Positions 25,469 through 38,172 of a DNA stretch of 64,000 nt are shown here, piece by piece. The translations under genes were made by a program, and so were the position numbers. The notes beneath the pieces were generated by a model. That model was not told where the DNA came from. It searched no databases and saw nothing but the letters and a program-made list of their open reading frames with translations. Source of the stretch: Octopus sinensis. Lineage: Eukaryota. How positions within the stretch are numbered: position 1 is the stretch's first letter; the number at the start of each line of letters is the position of its first letter. The DNA lies in NCBI RefSeq assembly GCF_006345805.1, contig NC_043014.1, positions 9,796,001 to 9,860,000 of the forward strand, in the 5' to 3' direction.

Positions 25469-26178
25469 TATCTATATACCAATCACTTACGACTGGCGTG
25501 CTAAATGTGCAACTAACACGTTTATCGTTGATTTTTCACTGTCTGTCTCCACTTTTCCTTCGATATATTTTTTATTTCAGAAGTTGATCAATCGTTGTTT
25601 ATATCATTATCAACCATAATCTGTATGTGGTAAAAACACGATGAAATTAATTTTTTTCGAGATGCAGCCATTTCATCTTCCTAGGATTGCATTTCTGAAG
25701 TAGATTTCGTTATCCAAGAAAGAAGGATGTGTATGCTGCCATCCAGTGCAGTTGCTATTTCTAGCAGATTTAATGAGCACCCCTATCGCACATACACACT
25801 GACTCGCTTTGTCAGTTGTTTGTCAATACACCAGTTATAAAAATGTCAGCTGTACTTTGGAATGTTATATTTTCAGTCGATAGCATCGTTTTTGATGTTC
25901 GTTGTCTTATCTACATTGACACGTATCTCTTGTCTTCTTCTGAACAGCTCAAGTGGTTTTCCAGAAATTGTATTATCGTTTCCAGACGAATTTGTAGTTT
26001 GAAATAGAATCAGTCTTTGACTGAAAGAGAAGCACCGGTTGTGCTAACTCTGCTGCGCATACCTTCTTTGGTAACCCTGTAAGAAAGATACTTGCCTAAT
26101 TACCTTAATTCAGCTGTCTCCAACCCCTTTTACACGTGGGAGCGACGGATTAAAACATTATAAAGCAATTAAAATATA

Positions 26179-26410
26179 TATTTCTTTACTACCCACAAGG
26201 GGCTAAACATAGAGGGGACAAACAAGGACAGACAAAGGGATTAAGTCGATTACATCGACCCCAGTGCGAAACTGGTACTTTATTTATCGACCCCGAAAGG
26301 ATGAAAGACAAAGTCAACCTCGGCGGAATTCGAACTTATAACGTAACGACAGACGAAATACCGCTAAGCATTTCGCCCTGCGCGTTAACGTTTCTGCCAG
26401 CTCGCCGCCT
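26179..26410 (-). mobile_element. SINE family C, head + 1 x 184-nt module
   Basis: AATTAAAATATA duplicated on both sides (26167-26178 and 26416-26427); same module as the 49.4-51.3-kb array. Confidence 0.88.
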
Positions 26411-26441
26411 TAAGTAATTAAAATATAATTTACTTCTTACA

Positions 26442-26835
26442 TCTCTCTATATATAAAGCTGAAGTTGTCTGTGTATGGCAGGTTTGGTAGCCTTCAACAC
26501 ACACTATCTCCCCCGAGACCCTGCGGTGCAAGTTAACCAAAATTGAGAGTATGATAGAAGAAGGCTTGCTTTTCCTTCCGTAGAAGAAAAACTTCAAATC
26601 GGACCATGTTAACACTAAAAATTATTAACATCAAAAAGGTGCTTTTTTTTCCAGTGAAAATCCCTATTTTTTACGATTTTTTGACTGCTGTGTCGCCATA
26701 TTTCGGTGTATTTCAACCAGGAAAATGTTCACTTAACGAGAATCCCAAGCTACATAATGCAAAATTTTTACTTTTCAAAAATTCCAATTCTAAAGGGTCG
26801 AAACAAATCCGAGCAACGCCGGGCAATACTGCTAG
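26442..26835 (+). mobile_element. Non-autonomous Helitron (394 bp)
   Basis: A|TCTCTCTATATATAAAG start, hairpin CCGAGCAACGCCGGG (~26809-26823), CTAG|T end; same subfamily as 39389-39780 and 48740-48901. Confidence 0.88.
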
Positions 26836-28011
26836 TATATAATACAAATATAATGCAAAAGTTCTCTACATGCTACATTGTTCAACAGACCATAAAAAAA
26901 AACTGAAAAAGTTATTGCTTCTTTGCAGCCGGAACCAAGCGATACAGGGCCAGGAGGTTGAGAACTCCTGACCTAGTACCTTTATTAAGCGCTTGGTATT
27001 GAGTTTTTAAAGTTTTTCAGTTTCTGAATTTCCCCCTTTTCCCTGTGCTTGGATGTCTATAGCTATTTTTTATCATTCTATATTTCTACTACCGTTAAAT
27101 GTGTTTCCTTTCAATTCTTTATCGTAATTTTTGTTCAAAGGAAAATGTTTATGATCAACATTAGCAAAGTTTCAAGCAATGTTTAAACTTACAGTCTGCG
27201 TTGCAGGCAGATCTTGCTTTTTTTTTTCCCCCCATTTTTTTTTGGTTCCTTATTGTAATAATGTACTGCTGGATTATCAATTTGCACTGGAATGAATTCG
27301 TTATTCTTTTAATGTCTTTTAACGATTTTTTATGGATGCTTTATCTTTTGTTGAATTTAATAAAAACTGCACTTCCAGTGAATAAGGTTAACATGAACGC
27401 TAACCTACTGACGGTATTTTGGCGGCGGCTACTACTACTACTACTGCTACTACTACTACTGCTACTACTACTACGAGCTGCTGATTCGAATTATTTAAGT
27501 GACACTATTAAGTTTTATCGCAATTTTTCTCGGTAGCCATTATTTTTCTTTCCTTTTTTTTTTTTAAATAACATTTTCTCCGCGTGAGTATATTTCATTT
27601 GAAAGATGAAAACTGTACAGAGAAGAAAAGAAAATGGTAAATAAGCAGGTGTGTGTATCCGTTTGTGTGACTGCAATTTCCGTGTGGGAATTCGGGTATT
27701 GAATGAAGAGAGAGAAAAAGTGAGTGAGAGGGAGAGAGAGAGAGAGCAAATACCAGCATATTTGTGAGGATGACTAAGATGATTAAATTTTTTTTTTTAA
27801 TTATTATTTACATATATCTGAAAGTGTTTGAGATTGATTTTCGAAAAAGACGAGCGTATCCATTGTTAAGATTTAAAACAAAAATATTTGTCTGTATTGT
27901 GACTGCTCAGGATGAACTCAACGTGGGTGTTTAATTCACATACCTATAATTAATGAGTATGACAAATGTAAATGAAGCCCTCATATTATTTGTCTGTATA
28001 AAACGATAAAC

Positions 28012-28280
28012 ATCGCCGTTTTCAGGCCTAGCTAGGCTCATGGGCCCAGTTTCCCGGTTTCTGTGGCGTATGTGTTCCCCCCAGCCGGACGGAATACCAG
28101 TCTACCGCAGCGTTACTCAAGAAACATGAAGAGGGAGTGAGAGAAAGTTGTGGCGAAATAGTACGGCAAGGACTGCCCCCCCCCCTGCCGGAGACTCGTG
28201 GATCTTTATGTGTTTTCGCTCAATAAAAACACACAACGCCCGGTCTGGGAATCGAAACCGCGATCTCCCGCTGCCCTCCA
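28012..28280 (-). mobile_element. SINE with family-B head and a different (third) tail
   Basis: Head and first body segment match family B; 3' part (...GCCTAGCTAGGCCTGAAAACGGCGATG) is unrelated to the other B tails. Confidence 0.7.
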
Positions 28281-28427
28281 CATTTGTCTGTATGCATGTG
28301 CTTATGTACGCTTATGTATTTATCTGTGGATTTTTACACACACACACACACACACGCATACACGCACACGTACTCACATACATGTATATATATTTGTGTG
28401 TGTGTGTGTGTGTTAGCTAGTGAGGGA

Positions 28428-28795
28428 GGAAGCACTCCGTCGGTTACGACGATGAGGGTTCCGGTTGATCCGAATCAACGAAACAGCCTGCTCGTGAAAT
28501 TAACGTGTAAGTGGCTGAGCACACCACAGACACGTGCACCCTTAACGTAGTTCTCGGGGATATTCAGCGTGACACAGAGAGTGACAAGGCCGGTCCCTTG
28601 AAATACAGGTACAACAGAAAAAGGAAGTTGTGGTGAAAGAGTACAGCAGGGATCACCACCATCCCCTGCCGGAGCCTCGTGGAGCTTTAGGTGTTTTCGC
28701 TCAATAAACACTCACAACGCCCGGTCTGGGAATCGAAACCGCGATTCTATGATCGCGAGTCCGCTGCCCTAACCACTGGGCCATTGCGCCTCCAC
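28428..28795 (-). mobile_element. SINE family B, full length
   Basis: Matches 21926-22307; TGTGT(T)AGCTAGT-like sequence on both flanks. Confidence 0.9.
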
Positions 28796-29545
28796 TGTGT
28801 AGCTAGTACATGTTTGACTTAACAAACTCGGTCGCTATTCCCTTAATAACTCCCGGAAATATTGATTCGATAAAGATTAATCGCACTGAATTTAAGGAAC
28901 TCCCTTTATTTCCACTTTCATCTTAAAGAACAACACCGTTTCTTGTAAGCATCGTCACACAATTATCGGTTCTGGAATGGGTTAACACATGAAACATCAA
29001 TCGGAACGCCATAAAGTGTGGGTTTTCAACAGCATCGATCTGTTGTTAGAGGAAATTTTATGACTAACATCGAACCGTCTTCATATCACTCAATTATTGC
29101 TATGCACTGCTTTTGATATCGTGTCATAAAATGCCATGCATGGTTTACCGAATAGAATATATTTGAGAAACGATTGGACAAAAGGTGGGTTTATTTTAAT
29201 CAGCTTGTTCAATGTTGTAATTATTAAGAGAGAATTGATCAATTTCAAATCCATATATTAGTGTTTTTTGCGCTATCAACATCCCCATGAACTGGGTTGA
29301 AACGAAATTAATAACAATGACAGCACTTTATATTTCTGTAATGTCATTATTTGTTTCCATATTGATAATTAATTACTCAGTCGTAATAAGAACTTCGTAG
29401 AAAATTTTACTTGCTCTTACAGCTTCATGACCAAATTCTGAAGCCTCTCGATAGACACCCTTTTTGAAACACAAAAGACACAATTTCTTCGTTCTGAAAA
29501 GTGGTTCGCTACCTTCGCTTTATGAATGCAATAAATACTTGCTTC

Positions 29546-29778
29546 TTACTCTCTTTTACTCTTTTACTTGTTTCAGTCCTTTGACTGTGACCATGCTACA
29601 GCACCGCATTTAGTCGAGCAAATCGAACCCAGGACTTATTCTTTGTAAGTCCAGTACTTATTCTATCGGTCTCTTTGGCCGAACCGCTACGCTACGGGGA
29701 CGTAAACACACCAGCATCTGTTGTCAAGCGATGTTGGGGGGACAAACACAGACACAAACATATACATACACACATTTA

Positions 29779-29818
<40 letters not shown>

Positions 29819-29999
29819 CACATATATATATATATACATATATACGACGGGCCTCTACAGTTTCCGGCTACCAAATCCACTCACAAGGATTGGTCGGCCC
29901 GAGGCTATAGTAGAAGACACTTGCCCAAGGTGTCACGCAGTGGGACTGAACCCGGAACCATGTGGTTGGTAAGCAATCTACTTACCACACAGCCACTCC
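29546..29999 (-). mobile_element. SINE family A
   Basis: Consensus match with an expanded internal (TA)n. Confidence 0.9.
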
Positions 30000-30315
30000 A
30001 AAGCCTTCTTGTTTATACTAATAAACAAAGACATCAGTGAAGGTAAAACGCACGTAAATATGTAATGACAAGTGGCATTTTATCCTTCTTCGTGTGTCTA
30101 ACAAACAATTAAGATCATACAGCGACAATGATCTCCTAATCCAGATAAGTCTTCCGTTTCAATCAACTGGCATTCATTATATAAATAGCCTAATTACAAG
30201 TTATTAATAATTCATAACTTATATCATTCACTGATAATAGGCTTATGAGCTTATGAAACATAACCGAATAATTGTTTTCATTAAGATATTCTATGCACGA
30301 TTATAACTAAGTATA

Positions 30316-30510
30316 TGGCGGCGAACTGGTAGAATCGTTAGCGCGCTGGACAAAATTCTTAACGGTAATTTCGCCCATCGCTACGTTCTGAGTTCAAATT
30401 CCGCCGAGGTCGACTTTGCCTTTCATCCCTCCAGGGTCGATAAATTAAGTTACGCACTGTCCTCTCCCACCAAATTTCAGGCCTTGTGCCAATAGTCGAA
30501 AGGGTTATTA
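30316..30510 (+). mobile_element. SINE family C monomer with the alternative (non-array) tail
   Basis: Head GGCGGCGAACTGGTAGAATCG, B box GAGTTCAAATTCC, central CCTTTCATCCC..GGGTCGATAAA, tail AAATTTCAGGCCTTGTGCC. Confidence 0.8.
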
Positions 30511-30527
30511 TTTCTTTTTTCTTTTTC

Positions 30528-30826
30528 TTTTACTTGTTTCAGGAGCATCGCCTTTAATCGAGCAAAGTAAGCCCAGTAATTATTCTATCGGACTCTTTTG
30601 TCGAACCGCTAAGTTACGGGGACGTAAACACACCAGCATCGGTTGTCATCCAATGCTGGGGGGACAAACACAGACACACAAACATACACACGCATATATA
30701 TATATATACATATATACAACGGGCTATAGTAGAAGACACTTGCCCAAGGTGCCACGCAGTGGGACTGAACCCGGAACCATGTGGTTGGTAAACGCGCTGC
30801 TTACCACACAGCCACTCCTGCGCCTA
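30528..30826 (-). mobile_element. SINE family A with internal deletions
   Basis: Head intact (to CCTGCGCC); segments missing beside the internal microsatellite and in the tail. Confidence 0.85.
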
Positions 30827-31114
30827 TAACTAAGTATGCTTGTTTGAATATTTATTTATGGGGACTAGAGAGACGACTGACGAATATATGCGGGAGAAGT
30901 ATGTGAAAAGAACAAATTGTAGGGAACATAGTTTGGGGCATAATGGAGTAGGCCTGATGCAAAATGCGATGTGTGAAGTGTGCTCATTATGCGGAGAACG
31001 AAAGAAACAGCGACGGATGATTAAGCATTATCCGAGAGAGTATCGCACAAGAGTTCCTATCACTGCATGCCGAAACAAGGCCAAGAGGTTTGGAGGTGGG
31101 GTAAGCCAAATTAA

Positions 31115-31499
31115 GTGGAGGCGCAATGGCCCAGTGGTTAGGGCAGCGGACTCGCGGTCGTAGGATCGCGGTTTCCATTCCCAGACCGGGCGTTGTGAGT
31201 GTTTATTGAGCGAAAACACCTAAAAGCTCCACGAGGCTCCGGCAGGGGATGGTGGTGATCCCTGCTGTACTCTTTCATCACAACTTTCTCTCACTCTTAC
31301 TTCCTGTTTCTGTTGTACCTGTATTTCAAAGGGCCGGCTTTGTCACTCTTTGTGTCACGCTGAATATCCCCCGTGAACTACGTTAAGGGTACGCGTGTCT
31401 GTGGAATGCTCAGCCACTTACACGTTAATTTCACGAGCAGGCTGTTCCGTTGATCGAATCAACCGGAACCCTCGTCGTCGTAATCGATGGAGTGCTTCC
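31115..31499 (+). mobile_element. SINE family B, full length
   Basis: 12-bp TSD AAGCCAAATTAA at 31103-31114 and 31500-31511. Confidence 0.93.
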
Positions 31500-31716
31500 A
31501 AGCCAAATTAAACGACCCCAGCACTCGAGTGTTCCTCGTTTCATCGAGCCCGAAAGGATGAAAGGCAATCTCGAACTTTGCAGAATTTGAACTCAGAACG
31601 TAAACACAGACGGAAAGCTGCTAAGCATTTTGCCCGGCGTGCTAACGAGTCTGTAGCCTCACTGTCTTTTCAAAGCCTGTATAATGATAGACGCAGTAAA
31701 GACATAGACAGCAGAA

Positions 31717-31900
31717 GTGGAGGCGTAATGGCCCAGTGGTTAGGGCAGCGAACTAGCGGTCGGAGTATCGCGGTTTCGATTCCAGACCGGAGGTTGTGTG
31801 TGTTCATTAAACGAAAACACCTAAAAGCTCCACGGCGGAGGCGTGGGGCGAAATCCGCTGTACTCTTTCATCACAACTTTCTCTCACTCTTTATTCCTAC
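31717..31900 (+). mobile_element. SINE family B, diverged 5' part
   Basis: GTGGAGGCGTAATGGCCCAGTGGTTAGGG head through CTTTCATCACAACTTTCTCTCACTC. Confidence 0.75.
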
Positions 31901-32630
31901 TTCTGCCACAAAGCAGAAAACCCATGGTGTAACCCACTATACTGTGGTAAACTTTCAGACCTTAGTCTATATTGCGAATACTCTGTACCCCAGGATGGTT
32001 CAGCTCTCCACACGTTAAAAGCTACCGTTTATGGAATGAGGATAACAACGTAGCCTTCGCCCCCGTGCAAAGAGCCAGTCTATCGTGTGTGGTGGGTGGA
32101 TCTTCAAGTTGCCGCACGCATTCTTAGTAGCTTAGAGTAGGCTCGAATTAGAGATTATTTCTTGTGGCTAATGGCGTGAGTCCTGATTGATAGAACAAGA
32201 AAGAGGAGACAGCAGACAATCCCACCGCCACTTTATGGCAGGTCGAACATTCCGTCGAAAATTTTATGCAAAATTAGAAAAACATCGTCCGTGTATCTAT
32301 GTCTTACTACTCTAAGAAAATAACTAGCTTCATTGAAAGTGATTATACGTAATGTTAGAGAGAGAAGGCAGGCATGAATCCAAGGCTATCACCCATGCAG
32401 GACTAGTAAATCGATAACCATCACTGTGTTTGGTATTCATGTAATCCTAAAAGCCGATCCATGGTTATTAATGGCTAACAAATATCAAGAGTTAAACAAA
32501 TATAAACAGTTATATAAATTTAGGCAGAAACGCGGGTGTTTCAGAAAGAAATATGACCGCCATCTTCGATATTAAACTCTCTCTTATCACAAACTATCAC
32601 ACACACACACACACACACCACACACATATA

Positions 32631-33012
32631 GGCGCAGGAGTGGCTGTGTGGTAAGTAGCTTGTTTACCAACCACATAGTTCCGGGTTCAGTCCCACTGCG
32701 TGGCATCTTGGGCAAGTGTCTTCTACTATAGCCCCGGGCCGACCAATGCCTTGTGAGTGGATTTGGGAGACGGAAACTGAAAGAAGCCTGTCGTATATAT
32801 GTATGTATATATATATATATGTATGTGTGTGTGTTTGTGTATCTGTGTTTGTCCTTCTAGCATTGCTTGACAACCGATGCTGGTGTGTTTATGTCCCCGT
32901 AACTTAGCGGTTCGGCAAATAGAGACTGATAGAATAAGTCCCGGGGTCGATTTGCTCGACTAAAGGCGGTGCTCCAGCATGGCCGCAGTCAAATGACTGA
33001 AACAAGCAAAAG
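32631..33012 (+). mobile_element. SINE family A, full length
   Basis: Consensus match. Confidence 0.9.
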
Positions 33013-33552
33013 AAACAAAGATAGTTAGAGTACAGAGGATCCACAAGACCAGCGTCGAAAACACAGAGATGGCGAGAGATACATGATAATAAGCGTATTG
33101 AGAGCAGTCAGCAACTGATGATGATAAATATGGGTTTCTTTCCTAAACAATAGGCGCAGGCGTGGCCGTGTGGGACGGAACTGGCTTCCTAGCTATATGG
33201 TTCTGGGTTCAGTCCCACTGCGTGTCAACTTTTTCGTGTCACAAATGTATTAATTATGGATTCTGAGGTACATATTTCTGGTACAGAAATTCCCAGATTT
33301 GCAACAGCCTTCGAATAAATGCAAGAAAGTATAATAGTCCCTTAATATTTTATATTCAATATTTCATCTATTCAATAAGACAATTAATACTTCATTTCAT
33401 TTTACTAAATATATATTATTTATACTATATATTCTATATTCTACATTAATATTATAAAGAATATAAATAAAACATAAAAAACAGAGTTGGAATTTCTTTG
33501 TATAATATAAATCCCTCTATACACAATCATACAAACCCCTTTATATATATAT

Positions 33553-33599
<47 letters not shown>

Positions 33600-33602
33600 A
33601 TA

Positions 33603-34003
33603 TACTCTTTTACTTGTTTCAGTCATTTGACTGCGGCCATGCTGGAGCACTGCCTTTAGTCGAGCAAATCGACCCCGGGACTTATTCTTTGTAAGCCCAG
33701 TACTTATTCTATCGGTCTCTTTTTCCGAACCGCTATGTGACGGGGACGTAAATACACCTGCATCGGTTGTCAAGCAATGCTAGAGGGACAAACACAGACA
33801 CACAAACACATACACATATATACATATATATATATACATATATACGATGGGCTTCTTTCAGTTTCCGTCTACCAAATCCACTCACAAGGCATTGGTCGGC
33901 CCGGGGCTATAGCAGAAGACACTTGCCCAAGATGCCACGCAGTGGGACTGAACCCGGAACCATGTGGTTGGTTAGCAAGCTACTTACCACACAGCCACTC
34001 CTG
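33603..34003 (-). mobile_element. SINE family A, full length
   Basis: Consensus match. Confidence 0.9.
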
Positions 34004-34806
34004 TGTGCATAGAAACCAGCAGAGATATTCACCCGGCATCGTAGAGACAGAACTGTTAAAATAGCTAGATTTGCAATACCTTACCAGGTCAGCATTATTC
34101 ATTCATTTATTTATTTATTTATTTGTTCCTTCATTTGTTTGTTTGCTATCTGTGCCTAATACAGAATTTGAAAGAATATTGATCGCATGTGGTACAATAT
34201 CACCATTTATATCGACAGACATAGTAATAGATAGAAAGATCGGAATACTCATGAGATTTCACAATTTCCATGATCATTTCGCCAACCTAGTGATAACTTA
34301 ATTTTCGATTATAGCCTGTGGATTATTGTTTAGCTGTAATCGCACATTGAAGCTTACAACATAATGTTTAATAGTTCTCATAATAAATTTTAACTATTTG
34401 CTCGTATTTTTGTTTGGGGTTAATTATCGTTGACACATCGATTCCAGATAGAATATCGTGTTACTTTACACTTTAATTATAAAATCATAGGTTCTGTGCT
34501 CATCGATCTAAGCTGATGGAATTTTTTTTTTTCAATAAAGGAGACATGTCTGTTCAATTGTATGTGTGAGAGGAAAGGAAATTATACATAATGTTAGAGA
34601 TAGAAGGCAGGCGTGAATATCCAAGGCTGAATGAACGATAACTCGATCACCCATGCAGGACTAGTAAATCGATAATCGTCACTGTGTTTGGTATTCATGT
34701 AATCCTAAAAGCCGATCCTGGTTATTAATGGCTAACAAATATCAAGATTTAAACAAATATAAACAGTTAGGATAGAGAGGATCCATAAAACCAGCGCCGA
34801 AATTAC

Positions 34807-34854
<48 letters not shown>

Positions 34855-34923
34855 GATAATAAGCGTATTGAAAGCAGTCAGCAACTGATGATGAGAAATA
34901 TGGGAGTTCTTTTTCCTAAACAA

Positions 34924-35235
34924 TAGGCGCAGGGGTGGCCGTGTTTGTAAGGAAATTGCATCCTAACTACATGGTTCTGGGTTCAGTCCCACCGAGTGGC
35001 AACTTCTGTCGGTGTCTTTTACTATAGCCTCATGCCGTCCAAAGCTTTCGTAACCGGAAACTAAACTAAGCTCGTCGTGTGTCTGTGTCTGTCCCCACCA
35101 CCATAGCTTGAAAACCGATGCTGGTGTGTTTACGTCCCTGTTCGGCAAAAGAGAGCGGTAGAATATGTCCTGCGGTCGATTTCTTCGAGGAAATGTGGGT
35201 GCTACAGCATGGCTGCAGTCAAATGACTGAAACAA
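34924..35235 (+). mobile_element. Degenerate SINE family A
   Basis: Diverged head (GGTTCAGTCCC) and tail (GCAGTCAAATGACTGAAACAA). Confidence 0.7.
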
Positions 35236-35344
35236 AGTTGTCTTATAAATTTCCATGTAACTTAACTGCCTTACGCAAACGCATAGACACATACATACAA
35301 GTACGTATAAATAAATATATGTGTGTGTGTGTGTGTGGTATGTG

Positions 35345-35378
<34 letters not shown>

Positions 35379-35379
<1 letters not shown>

Positions 35380-35661
35380 TGGAGGTGCAATGGCCCAATG
35401 GTTAGGGCAGCGGACTCGCGGTTTCGATTCCCAGACTGGGCGTTGTGAGTGTTTATTGAGCGAAAACACCTAAAAAGCTCCACGAGGCTCCGGCAGGGGG
35501 TGGTGATCCCTGCTGTCATTTCTCACCACTCTTTCACCACTCTTTCTTCTGTTGGCCTGCTCGCTTAGCCAGCGGGGTGGCGTCATTCGAAGGCTAAAGC
35601 AATGCAAACGCATTGTGACCAGCGATGTGTAACTACATCTGATGGACTGGTCGGTCACGTG

Positions 35662-35663
<2 letters not shown>
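35379..35663 (+). mobile_element. SINE with family-B head and second tail type
   Basis: Tail ...GCTTAGCCAGCGGGGTGGCGTCATTCGAAGG...GGTCGGTCACGTGA shared with 46646-46944 and 59041-59313. Confidence 0.88.
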
Positions 35664-35692
<29 letters not shown>

Positions 35693-36121
35693 GATATATA
35701 TATAATATATATTTGTTGTGGGTTGTTGGCATCCTTTTTGTCTCGGGAGACAATGGAGTTGCGCATAAAAAATAGTCTAGTCCGGTTTTTACATTCAAGT
35801 CCTAATACATTCCTGCTGTGGCGTTAGTCCTATCCTGGACAAACGCTCCGCTGCAGGTTCCGCAAATGTAGTGAAGACTTTGCTGGCTGGTTGTAATGTC
35901 ATATGTATATGTGTGTGTGTAAGTAGTATGGTTACGTATATATATATATATATTATATATATTATATATGTGTGTGTGTGTGTGTGTGTGTCTGTGTATC
36001 TATATATATAAATATTCAAAATGGGGGCGAGAAATTGGATATTAATTTAATTAACATCGATTTCCCAACTTTGGTCTAGCATAAAAAACTGAAGGTTCAG
36101 GAAAATTGTATTATATATATA

Positions 36122-36313
36122 TTAGAGGGAAACCACTATGTGGACACCCATATGCTAGAAATAGATCCGCTATGGTCTCACCACTAAGAAATGTTCTTGC
36201 TCGATTACGTTTGGGTTGTTTTGCTAAATTTTTCTTCAGAACATTTCTTAGTGGTGAGACCGTAGCGGATCTATTTCTAGCATATGGGTGTCCACATAGT
36301 GGTTTCCCTCTAA
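36122..36313. mobile_element. Near-perfect palindromic MITE (76-bp arms, 40-bp spacer) inside (TA)n
   Basis: Arms 36122-36197 and 36238-36313 differ at one position; termini (T)TAGAGGGAAACCACTATGTGGACACC resemble Tc1/pogo-type TIRs. Confidence 0.85.
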
Positions 36314-36394
36314 TATATATATATATAACACATATATAAATATATATATGAATATATACAAACACATACACGCGCACCACGCGCACACACACAC

Positions 36395-36425
<31 letters not shown>

Positions 36426-37194
36426 TATATATACGTATGTATGTAGTTTGCTAATGTAAGATTGCTATTGACTGTAACTTCGAAATTTCGGCCACCTCTC
36501 TCTTTGAGTTAACTGGCTGAAACGTTGAAGTCACTGTCAAGTACATTCTTGTATAGGAATTATTAATTTGTATAGAATAGACCGCTGTCATCGACGTAAT
36601 CGATTCGTCGACCGCCACCACCATCGCCCCACCCATGATCGCTATTACCATAGCAAATATTGCTGGCTTTCGGCCAAAATTTGAGAGCTTTATTTACTTA
36701 TGTTGGAGGTTGAATGTTAACAAGACTCTACATAAAAGTAATGCTAAAATAATGACTTGTTAAAACATTTACATCAGTTTCTCTGCAATTGCATAAGCTT
36801 GATATTTTTTGCACGAAAAAAAAAGATATTTTCTTAATAAAGATAGTTACACGATCATTTACTGTCACATCCATAGAAGTAGCAGGTAAATGTTTTCTAT
36901 TTAATTAAAAGGTGAAATATCACATACATCTGGGAAGTAATGATGTCTAAATAACCGCTGAAAGAATCATTGAGTGAATTTACAAATCCGTTAAAAGATT
37001 AGTGAATGGTAAAAGCGAATGTACAATTTATTAATACCCTCCATCTGAATTCAAATACTACTGAACTCAACTTTATATTTTATCCTTTTGGAACCACTAA
37101 AAAAAAAAAACCTGACGAGAACGAGCTTCCACGGGCACCGATATTACAACAATCCCCCTCAACGGGACGCTAGTACCTTGCAGGATAAAAAGCC

Positions 37195-37712
37195 GGAATA
37201 CCCTCCATCAGGCATTTGCCATATCAAGAGAATACCCTCCATCGGGCATTTCATCCCTGGGCATGGATACATTGAAACTCCGACGTCTGGCAACTGACTT
37301 GGCAGACACCCATGAAATTATTAGCCATTTTACTAAAATACTCTGAGCACCTTTTCAAACTCCACCTGTCTAACACCCGTGGACATGTTTACAAAGTCAG
37401 AAAACAGCATAGCTCCCGTGACTTTCGGAAACATTTTTTCACACTCAGAGTTGCTGAAGCATGGAACAAACTGCCGGCATCAGTTGTTAGTTGTCGGATC
37501 ACTGCATCCTTCAAAACTTCCATGCTTCCTGAGATTCGCCAACACTACACCTCATTTTCTCTCCTCCATACACACGCAAGCATGTATCTGACTCATACAC
37601 TGTTCACTTCCCAGACATTTGTACATTACTACATATGCTATATACGCACTTTTGACAAGTTGTGGTGAAACTGAGCACTGTATACAATAATTTCATTATT
37701 ATTATTATTATT
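37195..37712 (+). mobile_element. CR1-clade LINE, 5'-truncated 3' end
   Basis: LGMDTLKLRRLATDLADTHEII then NTRGHVYKVRKQHSSRDFRKHFFTLRVAEAWNKLPASVV (typical CR1 ORF2 C-terminus), 3' UTR, (ATT)n tail at 37695-37712. Confidence 0.88.
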
Positions 37713-37954
37713 CTATTTGTAGCCAAGGAATATGAAACACAAATGTAGTTTAAATTTAATTGAAACTCGAAAAGAGAATGGCAAAAGTTTTTAAGTGCAA
37801 GAGTAAATACAAATAGATACATTTATATGCTAACCGTAAAGATGTTACGATAATGAAATATAACCAAATATATATAATTTTCTCTTCTGTCAGTGAAAGA
37901 AGATATAATTATTTATCACACAGCGAGAAACTGAATTTTCTCATACATCTAAGG

Positions 37955-38172
37955 CAGTGCTTTTCAAACTTTTTTCTGGAGCGGAACCCCAAGGAAACAT
38001 TCCACTGCCTCGAGGAACCCCTGTGCAATAATTTAATTGTCTTATGCACACGTATCTGCACAGGAGAATTAAAAATTACTGCCGATTGTAGCAGTTTTGT
38101 AACTTCTTGCGTAACCCTGGACTGTACTGGCGGAACCCTAAGGTTCCGCGGAACCCTGGTTGAAAACCTCTG
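37955..38172. mobile_element. hAT (Buster/Charlie-type) MITE, 218 bp
   Basis: TIRs CAGTGCTTTTCAAAC / CAGAGGTTTTCAACC; perfect 8-bp TSD ATCTAAGG at 37947-37954 and 38173-38180. Confidence 0.92.

Noticed and set aside
31115-31190. tRNA-Arg-like sequence (and similar SINE heads) as real tRNA genes
   Set aside because: No proper acceptor stem, and each continues into a conserved SINE body with tail and TSD.
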